Assembly (NCBI GenBank): GCA_951406725.2
Contig: OX597814.1
Location: 7,316,001 to 7,380,000, forward strand
Source: Octopus vulgaris
Lineage: Eukaryota
Length of the DNA: 64,000 bases
Direction: 5' to 3'
Shown here piece after piece: positions 26,037 to 39,821 of this stretch (positions are counted from its first letter, which is position 1; each line of letters starts with the position of its first letter). Below the pieces are notes generated by a model that was not told where the DNA came from, made no database searches, and was given only the letters and a program-made list of their open reading frames with translations. The translations under genes were made by a program, and so were the position numbers.

Positions 26037-26636
26037 CCAACCACTCCAAGAGTGTAATGGGTGTTTATACATGCCATTTGCATGACACCAGGTTTTTTTT
26101 TTTATGTGTACTACTGGCACAGGAGCCAATTTGTATGACATCAGTGTCTGCCATATTAAATGGCAGACACACTGGTATCTGCCAATTGTTAGAATATATT
26201 CAAAAGGATGTTAAAAACCTTCATCCACTAAGTTTGTGTGTCGTGTTTAGTTAGGATGTGGAGTGTAAGCAATGCAGGCAAAGGAGCTGGTGACGGTAAA
26301 CAGAAAGTAGATATCTATACATGTGGTGGAAGAAAGCCAGGGCATTGTAAGAATGGAAGTTTGACTGCATCAATAAAGAACTGATTCTGTAGTCTCCAGA
26401 GTTTCTTCAGGCAATTGACTAAAGCTGAGTGTTGCTTTTGAAAGGAAGGCAGTGAGCTAGCAAAACACTTGGTGGAATTTGAGTTCAGAACATAAAGACA
26501 AACTTTCTCTTTGAGTTCAACTTTACCTTTCATAAGTATCAGTTAAGCTTTGGGATCAAACATAATTGGTTTAGTCCACATTCTCCTGAAATTTCTAGTC
26601 TTTGCCAAAATTAATTTTGAAAGGTGTAGTGATGGA

Positions 26637-26842
26637 AACCCTTTAGAATTCACATTGTTTTGTCAAATACAATGCTTATATATTTGCATATTGATTTAAA
26701 TTAATCATGCATTATCTTGTAGCTCTGAGACTTCAAAGATGTAATAGTACAATGGTGTTCTTAGGTAGATGTGAGTCTAGATCTGCCTGGTTTGAACAGA
26801 AAATTTGGGGCCAGATATTGCCAGCTTAAATGCTAAAGGGTT
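26637..26842. mobile_element. MITE with AACCCTTTAG terminal inverted repeats
   Basis: aaccctttag...ctaaagggtt ends; a diverged reverse-oriented relative lies at about 40970-41540. Confidence 0.6.
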
Positions 26843-26944
26843 AATGGGATATTAGGTGCATCTGGTATTAAGGCTTAATACCAGATGCTCCTAATATCCC
26901 ATTAACCCTTTAGCATTTAAGCTGGCAATATCTGGTCCCAAATT
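26802..26944. repeat. Near-perfect 143-bp palindrome (71-bp arms, 1-nt spacer, 2 mismatches)
   Basis: Arm 26802-26872 is the reverse complement of 26874-26944 except one G/T and one T/T position. Confidence 0.95.
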
Positions 26945-29272
26945 ATGGTATCTGGTATTAAGCCTTACTATAAGAAGGGAGTTTTGATATTTCAAACAAG
27001 GCCCTTTTAAGTGTGTTGAAGGCCATGAATGAAGCTGCCCTTATTTGTGTTATAAATCAAAAGGTAAATTGATTTAATTTACAAACTTGAAAGGCAAGTT
27101 TCTTCTAATTATTACTCAAAGCTAAAATAGAAAATACAAAATTTTTTTTCAAATTCTGCTGAAGTTTGTCAGTATTTTTAATAAGCTTCATCTTATTACA
27201 TTGATTTCTTTCAGTTTCCAATTTTCAAGAGTTTATAGACTTTATTGGTGTACTTTATTGAGAAATTTTTTTTTTTTAAAGCAACACTGAAAATATTCCA
27301 ATTTGAAATCCTTTTTCGGCAAACAGTAAATGTAATTAGCTTTCAATTAACAAATTGCTATTTTTGTCTTCTTTCAGATCACATTCATTTCAGTGGTGAA
27401 AGTGGAACAAGTTTAGTCACACATGCAACAGTTTGTTCCATTTATTGTTTATCAGACCAAGTCAAAATACTGTGCTACCTGCTTTCACATTTTGCTGGAA
27501 AATAAAATCATTTACTTTGAAAATACAAAGCTAAATCACATGAACTCCTCTTTTTATCAGATTCTAAAGCTTCTGTTTTTTTTCATACTTTTATGAATCA
27601 ATTTATGGTTTATATGAATTGCAGTCGGTTTTTGGTTTTTTTGTTTCGGTACAATCAGTGTTTTGTATTTACCTCATTGTGAGGCAACAGATTCCTGTTC
27701 TATTGGTGCTGTACATCGGATTCCAAACTTTAACATATGTACTGACACCACACAAACAAAACACCAATAGCTTATGGTTTACTGTAGCATGTGAGTAGCC
27801 AACCCACAAACCACACGCTGTTGTACTTTCACGTCCAACCCCAGTTATTGGTTGTTTTATTATTTTTAAGATGGCAGAATCCTTAGCGGCATTTTGTCCC
27901 TCTTCATGTTCTGAATTCAAATTCCACCAAGGTCAACTTTGCCTTTCATCCTTTTTTTTTTTTTTTTTTTTAGGGTGGATGAAAGAAGTACCAGTTACAC
28001 ACTGGGGTTGATGTAATCGACTAGCCCCCTCCCAGGCCTTGTGCTTATTAGTAGAAAGGATAATTATGAAGGTGGCAGAATTGTTTTTTGTGCTTAGCAG
28101 CCGTTTCGTCCATCTTTGCATTGAGATCAGATCCCAACATGGTTGACTTTCATCCTTTTCGGGGTCAATGTAATCAGCTACCCACTTCCCAAAATTGCCG
28201 GCCTTGTGCTAAAATACGAATCCATTATTACTGTAGAAAAAAATGGTGACGTATAGCACATTGCAGTATTTAATTATATTTTTAAATTCAGATCCTACCA
28301 AAGTTAATTGACTTCCAGAAGTGAGGGGGGGGGGGGAATAGGGGCCAATAAAATAAGTAGCAGGTTATGGTGGTGAGGATCTAATCAATTCCTCCTCCTC
28401 CTGCTGCTGCCACTATTATAATTAGAGAATAAAAAAATAAATTTTAGAATGATTTTCCGGTCATATTGAATTGTTTGCAGTTTTAAAGTGTTAACATTTC
28501 CTGCAGCACAATAATTTTGGTAATTTCATGCAATGAGGTAATTAGAAATCTTTTATCTATTTATTTAATTTTTCTTGATGGGAGGGGTCATATTTTCATT
28601 TGTGTCCTACAGTTGCTCAACAAATTATTCATTGAATAAATACATTAATTAAAATATCTCAGTAAAATAGTAATCAGTGGGGGTTTTTTTCCAACCATAT
28701 TGAACACTGTAAACTAATAAATGAACAGATCTTTGATCCTAGTTTCAGACTACACACGTTTGTCCTTTTGTTTTTTATTTTGGAATTTTAAATATTCCAG
28801 GTGTAATTTTTTTTTCAAGCCAGTGGCAGAAGTTTAACAGGGATTTGACTGTTATTTCTAACAGGTCAAGTCATCTCTGAGCCTCTCCACATTAACATTT
28901 TTTCAAGAGGTGGAATGGTTGATGGTATCAAAGAATGAAGATATTCATGCAATTCTGTGAATAGTCTGTTTCTTTGCATTTTCTTTTCAGTTTTAATTAT
29001 TGTTAAAAAACAATTTAAGATTTACCTTTGTAAAAATTCTTTGAATTGACCTTGAACAAATTCCAAGTATTTCCGATTCTCTTCATCTCATCCACTGGAC
29101 AAATTACATCCTTGAGGAACATAGTCCTGTGTGCTAATCTTTCATTAGATCTTATTCTTTAATCCTTCTTCAATAATCACAAAATTAAGAATATTTCTTG
29201 ATTAATTGTGATATATTTGAAAGAAAAAAAAAAAACACTGGTGAAAAAGAGAAAAATTAGTTTTGGACCATT

Positions 29273-29292
29273 TTTATTAAAAATAATTTATT
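29273..29292 (-). terminator. Candidate polyadenylation signals of the SLC52 gene
   Basis: Two AATAAA on the minus strand (29273-78, 29287-92) followed by U/GU-rich sequence at 29220-29260. Confidence 0.35.
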
Positions 29293-30410
29293 TACAGGAC
29301 ACTGTATATTAACAGAATGTATGATGTTATTTTTGCCTCCTACTCATTGTAAAATTTAGACAAATAAATTAACTTATGAAAACTTTTAATTTTCCATACT
29401 TATTTATTAGTCAAATGAAAAAATTAAATTAAAACAAAATTGATAAAATTAATTACAAAAATAATTTCAAGTCATTCATTCATCAGATCTTGTAGCTTTT
29501 CAAAAAACTAACCACAAATTTTTTAAAACAACATTCAACCTTAAAATATATAACAGCAATAAAAATGATCAAATGAAATAAAATGAGAACAAATTTAACA
29601 GCAAACCTAAAAATATATTCTTCTTTGAAAAAAAAAAAAAAAAAAAAGATTCTACAATTCAACCAATAATTGAAGATTTAGGATACAATGTCCATTTGTA
29701 GAGTCAGTTTAGTTTGTTGTCCACTTTGTTAATATATTTAAAATATAGTCAACTAAAATTATATGAGCAAAAGATTTTTTTTTATTAAATCTGTTTTTAA
29801 AAGGAATTGGGACGTTGAGATATTTGAGGAAATGGCAGTTTTCTTTGTAGGCAGAGCTCTCTCTCATCCACACACCATCAACTGTGATATATTCCAGTTA
29901 TATCAACCATATTCTTTCTCCTTTCCACCTGTAACCTACTTGGTACCTCAAAGTTCATGTAAAGCATAAAACTCTTCACTTCTCCTTAATCCGTAATATA
30001 CAAATGTCATCTATACATCTTGCAATTATTGGTCTCATATTCATAGCCCCCCAAAAAATAACCTTCTTCTCTATTGGAAAATATTTCAGCCCTAAAACAG
30101 CTGCTGATTCTCTACAAAGCACAAGCAGAAGCTACAATAGAATAAACTTTCCATATTTGAGATGACACAGCTTCTAGACACAAATTCTATATTATCACAT
30201 GCCTGATTGATAACAAACTCCAACTGCTGTGTCACAGGCATACACCATCCTCACTCTGCTTCTATTGTTCTTACTACAGCAATTCAATTCATATCGTCAA
30301 TATTCAACTCCAACCATATCTTAGTCCTTTCCACCCATAATGTCATCACCCCCTCCAAGTACCAATTTGACTGGTGAAAGTCAAGGACAACCCACCCCCA
30401 CCTTCTAGAC

Positions 30411-30628
30411 CAGTGGTTCTCATCCAATTTTTTTTTTTACCATGGACCTCTTTGATTTCTATTTTACTTGGGTGGACCCTCAAAGCCATTCGATCCTTTA
30501 AAAATCCTATTATATTTTTAGAATGAAATGTATAAAAAAAAATTCATTGAAATATTTCTTTAAGTAAAACCAATTTATTGCAGATAAAGTTTAGTAAAAT
30601 TTACATGGACCCTAGTTGAGAACCACTT
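30411..30628. mobile_element. hAT-Charlie-type MITE in the probable SLC52 3' UTR
   Basis: TIR cagtggttctca / tgagaaccact; perfect 8-bp TSD TTCTAGAC at 30403-30410 and 30629-30636. Confidence 0.88.
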
Positions 30629-31269
30629 TTCTAGACTAAAACCATAATAAAACACTGGACACAACAGCCCCTCAATGGACTTGAATGTATAGTTCCCCCC
30701 CCCCCCAATCAAATTTATCATTTTCAACCTCAGCTACAATTTCATTATGGCCAGTCTTAATTATGTTATTGTCTATATGGAGGAGAAACGAAACAAAGTA
30801 TGACACAATCACAGCTGTAAATATTCTATTATGGGTTGTTGCACGATAAAATGGTAATTTATGTCTATACGATACTATAGGAAAGCTGTTCTTCAATATA
30901 AGACATGTTTGTTGCTGTTCAGGGCTTTAAAAATGTTTTCTGAAACAATGAAGTATTATTTTTAAAAATGAAAAAAAATAAATATGATATGAATTGATGG
31001 AAAAATACTCAAAAAATACCAGTTGCAATTGGTAAAAATATAACAATCATTAGCTTCATGTCTGTGATTCCAATTTTTATAAAATTGGTGCACAGTCCTT
31101 AATTCTTTTTAATCTTTATATTTAGAAGGCTGATTCAGAAAACATTTTTACCAAATTAAAAAAAAATAGTATTAATTTCAACTGATTATTGGAAAAATAC
31201 TTCAGTATATATTTATATATTTAATAAGAGTGTGAATGGAGCATGACTAATTTCACAGAAACCATTGAA

Positions 31270-31473
31270 CTAGTTATTAGCACAAGCATCAGCAGAGGTA
31301 AACAGATGTAAGACATTCACTAAAATAAACATTATTATGGAACCTACGGCTGAACCTGCTTGGGACACAGCACCATACCAATACATACCTTTCCTGCCTT
31401 GTCTGCGGAAGATTGTTGCAATGGAGAGTTTGGAGTAGGTTATAAATATTGCAACAAGGCACCATGATATAAC
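31270..31473 (-). CDS. SLC52A3: SLC52 riboflavin transporter, last coding exon
   Basis: gttacag|GTT; encodes VISWCLVAIFITYSKLSIATIFRRQGRKGMYWYGAVSQAGSAVGSIIMFILVNVLHLFTSADACANN*, which resembles the SLC52 C-terminus; phase-0 join gives 480 aa. Confidence 0.93.
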   Translation of the reverse strand, partial: VISWCLVAIFITYSKLSIATIFRRQGRKGMYWYGAVSQAGSAVGSIIMFILVNVLHLFTSADACANN

Positions 31474-34400
31474 CTGTAACAGAAAGTAAAAACATATTTT
31501 AATATTATGGGGAAAAGAACAGGATCTTTTCAATTGTGTGGCCAGGAGCCCAGATCTTTCTACTTAACTAAATAATTTGAAACTTCGTATGCTGGTACAG
31601 TGTTTCAAAACAAGACACAGGTTGGAACTAGTTTATTTGAGAAAAATCTATTTTATGACTTTAATCGTAGATTAAAACTGCGAATTTTAACCAATGAGAT
31701 TGCTTGTTTTCATATTTAATACGTTACTGCATTCCATGTTCTCCATGGGACAAGCTAGATGAGACAGACCTATGATCAAAGGAGGCTCAAGCCTTGATTA
31801 TTAATCTTTTTTGAAGAAATAACATGCCTAGGACAACAATCCAATGAGATTTTTTTAAGGCAGTAAATTATGAACTGAGGGAGATTTAGCTCCTCTTTCT
31901 AGCATAGCAGTTAGATTGCAGAGAGCTGTGGCTCACATCTTAGGAGAAATAAAAATGTTTAGGTGCACTTTAAAATGTATTAAAGAAATATATTTTCACC
32001 TATAAATATAATTTAAAGTTGAGGAAATTTTGTTGTTGTTGAAACGAAGCATTATTGATGAGAAAAAGCTTGAAGGATTTTTTGCCAACATCTAATTAAA
32101 AGTATTTAACAATGCTAACTCCTTCGCATACTCTTCTGAAGGTAAATCCTCTTACATCTGCTACTTCCGAGGTAACTCCTTCATCTCCTACTCAGAGGTT
32201 TAGTTAGATTAAGCTGTTTGTCATTATATTCTATTATTCGTTCGTGGCCGTTGCTAGCGCTGCCCCGACTGGCCTCCATGCCGGTGGCATGTAAAAGCAC
32301 CATCCGTTCGTGGCTGTTGCCAGCCTCGCCTGGCCCCCGTGCCGGTGGCACGTAAAAGCACCATCCGTTCGTGGACGTTTGCCAGCACCGTCTGGCACAT
32401 AAAAAGCACCCATTACACTCGCGGAGTGGTTGGCATTAGGAAGGGCATCCAGCCGTAGAAACACTGCCAGATCAGACTGGGCCTGATGCAGCCTTCTGGC
32501 TTCCCAGACCCCAGTTGAACCATCCAACCCATGCTAGCATGGAAAACGGACGCTAAATGATGATGATGGTGATTTCAATGGCACATCTAGCTACACTTTT
32601 CAACCCACCAATTTGTCACAGTAGTGAACAAGGCCAACGTTATGCTGAAGCACCACTTTGGTGAACTTTAAAGCAAATATCAGCTGATATGAGATAATGT
32701 TTATATTGATGTTCAAAACTGCCATCTCATCAGATGTGGAAATGATTCGATGAGAGTACCATCAAACGAGAATATTGCACTCAATATCACCTTACAGTGT
32801 GGATTATTTTAGAAACAGTATCAATCCTAATAGGAAATTCGCATCCAAGTTGGCAGAATTGTTTGCAGCATTCCATTCATCTTTATGTTCAGAGTTCAAA
32901 TTCAACAAAGGCAGACTTTGCCTTTCATCCTTTTGGGGTCAATAAATAGGTCCCAGTTGAGCACTGGGGTCGATATAATTGATTTAACTCTTCCTTGAAG
33001 TTGCTGGCCTTGTGCCAAAAGTTGAAACCAATATTAAATTGCATTCAACTTTCCCTGATCCTACCCCAAACAATACACTCATCATGTGTTTCACTTAATT
33101 TTCAAAATAATCAAGAATTTGGAGTGATTTCATAGAATTGACCAGAAATTTAAGAGAAAGAGTCGATTGTATTGAGCCTAGTATATGACAGGTACTTTGT
33201 TAAATCAACTTTGGAGAGCTGAAAGGTAAAGTTGATGTTGTCAGGAAATAAACTCAAAATGCAAACAGGTAGAACAAATATATCACCATCATTTAACATC
33301 CATTTTCCATGCTGGCATGAGTTGGACAGGAGCTACCACCAAGTTCCAATCTGTTTTGGTATCATTTCTACAACTGAATGCCCTTCCTAACACCAACTAG
33401 TTGACAGAGTGCACTGGGTGCTTTATCATGGCACCAGAACCAATAGGATCATCAGGTAAGGCATTTTGTTCAATGCCCTTAGGGGTAGGCACTGACAATA
33501 ATATATAGCTTTAAAATCCACCCCAAAATGTTAGAAAATAATGAATTTACAAATCCATCTTGTCCATATACGAAAGGTTATAAGATGATTGAATCACTCC
33601 CTCATATATTACTGGTATTTTTATTTCTACAACCACATACAACTAGAAAACAAAATTAACCTCAGTAGTATTTGAACTCTAGACCAAGACATAACTACAT
33701 ACCACAACAATACTCAGCATTTTACCATTTTTGCTCCTTTACCAATTTCACCCATTTTAGCCAGACATAAAGTTCTATTGTGGATGTTCAGATTTTTTTA
33801 AGAATATTTAACCAACTTTGGAAGCTGAACCCTCCCCAGACTGATTCTAGTTTTATGATTCTTGTTTCAAAGTGATCTGAATTGAAACTTCCAACAAAAT
33901 TTCATTTTAATCTGTGTTCTATACAGTAAATAACAAATTCATTGAAGTTATTTTGCTAAATTCATTATTTTTAAAATTACTGGAAACAATAGCATTTTTC
34001 AGCAGAAATATGGTAACAAAAAAGTTCAATAGTATTTTACCAATCTTTAATTGTTAGTTCTTGAACTGTGATGTGTATACACGTGTGTGTGTGTGTGTGT
34101 GTGAGGGAGAGAAACACGTGGTTTGAAAACCTCATGCTCTATATAATTCTTCAGCATTTTGACTCAGTTTAAACTGCATAAATAATTGTTGATGCTGGGG
34201 CACTACCATAACATGCAGCCCATCTGATATTTCAACACTCAGCATAACAGCAACACAAACAAACCTACAGAGGAGCAACTGCATAATCACACAATGTACA
34301 AGAAACAGCAACCTAATCTCTCCCAAATCACATTAGCCATATGCCAGTGGAACATGACCTGCTGTGCTTTGCTTGAGGAGACCTTTTGAGTCAAGTACAT

Positions 34401-34859
34401 AAACATCAAAATGAATATCAAATGGAAATTGCAGTTGTGATACCTGTGCCGGTGGCACGTAAAAAGCACCATCCGGACATGGCCGATGCCAGCGCTGCCT
34501 TGACTGGCTTCTGTGCCAGTGGCACATAAAAACCACCAACCGATCGTGGTCACTGCCAGCCTCCCCTGGCACGTAAAAAGCACCCACTACACTTACGGAG
34601 TGGTTGGCGTTAGGAAGGGCATCCAGCTGTAGAAACACTGCTAGATCAGACTGGAGCCTGGTGCAGCCTCCTGGCTTCCCAGGCCCTGGTTGAACCGTCC
34701 TACCCATGCTAGCACGGGAAGCGGACGTTAAACGATGATGATGAAGGACACATTAAATAAATTGGTCCTTGGTACACTATTCCTGAAAATCAATAGATGG
34801 AATAATCAAGAGTTTGATTGCATCTGACCAAAAGCTTTTTTTAAATCAGGCTTTAAAAA

Positions 34860-35365
34860 CAACAACAATACACAAACCATAACAGCCAAGTGCTCAGTAT
34901 ATTGCATTCACTGTCCACACCATTAATCATCAGACCTCTCACTCTACACTTATACACTTACACATCACAGTGTAAACTGGTTTATAGCACACATCACAAT
35001 ATACAATGTCATACACCAAACAATCATGGTGTGTACAGTTGTACACCTCAATTCACAGCAAAAATTATCATACACTCCACATCACAACACATACTGCTGT
35101 ATACAGCATTGTACACACAACACAGCATACACTGTGACAAACCACACATTGTTGTGCACCACATATCACGGTGTGCAATGTTGTACACCATACTCCACAC
35201 TGTTGTACAGCACAGATCAGAGTATGCACTGTTGTTAATCACAGTTATACACTGCTATACACCACATCCAAATACACACAGTTGTACTCCACACAACACT
35301 GTGCTACACACTAAACTTCACAGTCTACACTGTCATACACCACACATCACACTCTTGCGACATTG
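34860..35365. repeat. Degenerate CA-rich minisatellite / low complexity
   Basis: Recurrent (c)tgt(c)atacaccaca-like words with strong C/A strand skew. Confidence 0.65.
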
Positions 35366-35779
35366 AGTTACAATCAAAGGATGTGCAGAATCTAATGGCA
35401 GTTTTAAACAAGAGAATTATAAATTCTCATCTAGAGGTGAACAGTTCTTGTCGGCTCATAACAGTACTTAAAACTCATCACTGCATGATAATAATCCCCA
35501 GTCACACAGTTCTCACAGTATTTACAACTTGTTGTGACAAGTGACATAGAGAAGAGGTAAGCTACAGAACCTCCTCTTTCAACAGGCAGTTAAAATTATA
35601 TTTTCTTTACTCATACCATTGCAAACATGGGACCATCACAACATCCATATCCCTTACCAGACAAATCTGAGGCACAGTGTCTTGCCCCAAACAAATTCAT
35701 ACTGATATGATATAAACCAGTTTGGCGTGAAATACTATGGTCAATTTTTATTACTTTTCATAAAAAACTTCACCATAAT

Positions 35780-37100
35780 CATCATCATGTAACATCCACT
35801 TTCCATGCCGGCATGGATTAGATTGCTCAGCTGGAACTGGTAGACTGGAGAGCTGCTTCTGGTTCCAGTTTGAATCTAGCTTAACTTCTACGATCGGATG
35901 ACCTTCCTAATGCCAACCACTCCAAGAGTTAGAGATCGGCACTTCTTTATGCAGCTGTCCTCATCTATCTGCATCACATGACCATACCAGCACAGACACC
36001 TTTCTTGCACACCACATCTGATGCCTCTTTTGCCCAATTTTTCTCTCAAGATGCTTACACTAAGTCATACATGCACACAGACATTGCACATCCAATGGGG
36101 CATACTAGCTTCATTTCTTTCAAGCTTTTGCATGTTCCCTATGGTTGCAGCCTGTTTCACTGCCATGTAGCATGGCTGATTGCACACAGGCATCATACAT
36201 TCTTCTTTTCATTCTGAGGAAGAGGCCCTTTGTTGCCAACAAAGGTAAGAAGCTCTCTAAACTTTGCCCAGCCATTCTTATTCTAGTAGCTATGCTTTCA
36301 CAGCATCCCCTTCCACTGCTGACTTGGTCACCAAGAAAATGAAAGCTATCAACTGCTTCTAGGAGTCCCCACTGGCATTTAATAGTCTATTTTCTGTATA
36401 TTTCAAATGTTTACTGCACCTGTGCATCTGCTGCAGACAAAGACTGTTAACTTTCCTCTGATATTGCAGCACCTCTTATGTATTCGTAGCTTGCACTGGG
36501 TACACATTATAGAGTTTCTACATACTGAGCAGAGCCATCTACCTGAAGGGATTTGTAATTTGTTAGCTTGCCTACTAACACTTTAGTTTTTGCTAAATTA
36601 ACTCTGAGGCCCTTGCATGCCAGGCCTTGCTTCCACTCCTGAAATTTCTTCTCTAGTTCAGGTAGTGATTTGACTATTATAGGTCATCAGCATAAAGGAG
36701 CTCCCAGGGGCAGCCTATCTTAAATTCCTCTGCTATTGCTTGGAGGTTTATGATGAACAAGAAGGGGACTGAGGACTGATCCTTGGTGGACTCCTACTTG
36801 GCTTGTACAGCTCTCACCAGCCACTCCTCTATCCCCAGTTTTTGCAATGACCACCAGATAAGGGAGCAGAGAACCATGTCAAAGGCTTTCTCTGCGTCAA
36901 CATAAGCCAAGTACAGAGGTTTACTTTTGGCTAGGTGCTTCTGCAAGTGTCTTACCAGGAATATAGCATCAGTGGTGCCTTTCCCTGGCACATAACTGCA
37001 TCTCATCTAGCTTAACTCTCTTCCTAGTTAGTCAGGCTATGACCCTCTCCATAACTTTCATCACCTGATCTAACAGCTTGATACCTTTATAATTATTTCA
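35780..37100 (-). mobile_element. RTE LINE RT remnant in the SLC52 intron
   Basis: GKGTTDAIFLVR...YVDAEKAFD (ORF 36794-37006) and downstream RT similarity. Confidence 0.85.
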
Positions 37101-38556
37101 AATGTTATAAAGACAATGAATCCTTTAAGGTAAAGAAATGACTGCTGCTGTGGAATAGAGAATAACCATTATATATGCAATGCCATAAATGCAGGTATTA
37201 CAGCAGACAAGATTTTCCATAAGATTCATAATGTTAAATGTCAAAGATAGATACAATGTAAAAAACCAATAATAATAGTCACTTTTGCAGAAACAAAAAT
37301 GATTGATTAAGGAAAAAGGGCAACAGCAAAGTGACCTCATTCGATATATTTAGCTTAGGGGCCTTTTGACAGTTTTCTCTGATCTCTGTGTTATTAAATG
37401 AATGGGAATTGATCACTCACTGGATAGGGCATTCATCTCTCACTAACTTTCTGTGGCAGGGAGTGAACTCACCTTTGCAAACCAATGAAATAATCCTGTT
37501 GCACAGTCACGACTTACACAAGAGTGAATTATAGACTTTTGGTACCTACATATAGAAATATAAACCCAGTTCTTGTCAGTGCAAGTAATAAGATATGAAC
37601 CAGTGGTCCCAAATAATGGCTGTCTAGTATCCTATAGACTCAACTAACCACACTCTTACCTAGTGAACAGTTGGTGATGGTGCAACATAAAAAGACCTGT
37701 GCTATTGCCATGTAAAAAGCACCCGACACACTCTGTAAAGGGGTAGGCATTAGGAAGGGCATCCAGCCATAGAGACCATGCTAAAACAGACGGCTGAAGC
37801 CTAGTGCAGTTCTCTGACTTACCAGTTTCCTGTTGAAATCCATGCCAGCATGGAAAGCAGCTATCAAATGATAATGATGGCAGCTAGATAAAAGACAAAT
37901 TATCTCATGACACTGTAAGACTTCTGCTTCAATTTGTACTAATTATGTCCACCCCCTTCACCGTCCATACGAACAAATAATGCTGAGATGCTGGGCAATG
38001 CTAAGCATCAGTCAGAGTGATTGCAGATTTATAGAATGATTCGACAACAGGCTTTGTGATGTTTTATATGGAAATAGACCAACGAAAATGGTAGAAGCAG
38101 TAAAAGGAAATTAACAATTACTACAAATACAAGAAAATCTTAGATGAAGGTCATTAGCTGAAAGAACCAAGATCGACACAAAATACTAAACAACACAACA
38201 TTTGAAATGATTTATTCTTAATTAAATTATGTATAGGTACAGTTACCTCCTTTGACCGCGGCTGTTTAAATAAGCTCACAACTAGATGGTGTAAGTAGCG
38301 TTTAGGTTCTGACACGAAACCCTGGCGCTCCCCCTTTTTGCATCGAGACGTCAGAGAGCAAAGACATGACCTAGCAACCTCTTGTACACACGCAGACATG
38401 AGGTAATACACAGAAGAGTTCATAAGTGAAGGGCTATGTTCATCAAACTCTTTCCATTATCATTGAACTTGTATATATTTGAGAGCAAGAGTAAAAGTAC
38501 TTAAAGTTACATCTTTCTTCTTTGAATTCATTGCACCATGTTCCTTTATCAAATGA

Positions 38557-38927
38557 CTAGCAGTATCGCCCGGCGTTGCTCGGGTTTGTAAGGGAAATAA
38601 CTATAAAGCATTTTTAGAGAGTTATAGCCAAAAAAATGGAAAAAAAATGATGGTAAATTTTTTTTAGTTAAAAAGGTCGAGTTGCGTCCCCTAGACAGTC
38701 TGTGGTTTGTGTTTCTGATTCTCGACTCCATGTCGAATTTATCGATTTTTTTCAGAACTGGGGGAACTTTTCAAAATTTTCGCTGCGTTAGTTTTGAATT
38801 ATGACATTGGGCTATGTGTGTGTCAAGTTTCATCAGAATCGGTTGAAAGCCGTGGTCAGGGTGAGGGTACAACCTGACAGACACACAGAAACATACACAG
38901 ACAAACTGCCGTTTATATATAGAGAGA
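38557..38927 (-). mobile_element. Non-autonomous Helitron in the SLC52 intron
   Basis: Minus strand starts TCTCTATATAT, ends with a GC hairpin (cccgagcaacgccggg) followed by CTAG; inserted between A and T with no TSD. Confidence 0.85.
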
Positions 38928-39821
38928 TATTACAGCTTTCAGAACGGAGTCATCAGCAGATGGCTTCACAACTTGAGAACACAACCATCTAAATATGTCT
39001 CAAATGAATTAACCTTGTCACACATTTTTACATTTACATCAATAGTTTCCATCAATTTAGTCTTTGATCACTATCAGGTGATTTATTCCTTGATGCATAT
39101 ACAGCACCAGGAGGGATTTGAACAAGGAGACTTCATTTCTAAACTCAGAGTAGAAACACTTAATTATGTTATCGTACCAATGGCAGAGTCAATAACATAT
39201 CCAGGACAATCAGATATCAGAGGGAAAATTCTAATCATCCATAAAAGACTTTCTGAAAAGTCTAACAAAACAAATGTTAGTCGCAGAAACCTGAATGAAT
39301 GGTAAGAGTAAGGAGAAAAGAGGCATCAAAATGAGAAGAGGAATGCATTAAAAGTGGAGGTCATTTTGAACATTGTATAATGACTGCTAGATTAACATTA
39401 GCTTTGGCTTTATCACATGAAATCATCATCGTTTAACGTCCGTTTTCCATGCTAGCACAGGTTGGACAGTTCAACCGGGGTCTGGGAAGCCAGGAGGCTG
39501 CACCAGGCTCCAGTCTAATCTGGCAGTGTTTCTACAGCTGGATGCCCTTCCTAACGCCAACCACTCCGTGAGTGTAGTGGGTGCTTTTTATGTGCCAGGG
39601 GAGTCTGGCAGCAGCCACGATTGAGGGAAATCTCTCCGTAGTCTATTATAGGTAATATTCTCTGATCATCTAATACCGAGTCCAGATAGGTGAAACGAGA
39701 TGTTGCAGACTGTTCTGTCCACAAACATTCACACTCCAATGGTAACATTGTTCCCTGTCTCATGCCATAAGCATTCAGTTGTCATTATGTTATTTTTACT
39801 ATTATTATTACTATATACTTA

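Noticed and set aside
34890-35366. 158-aa His/Thr-rich ORF
   Set aside because: Product of CA-rich low-complexity DNA antisense within the SLC52 intron; no splice or family support
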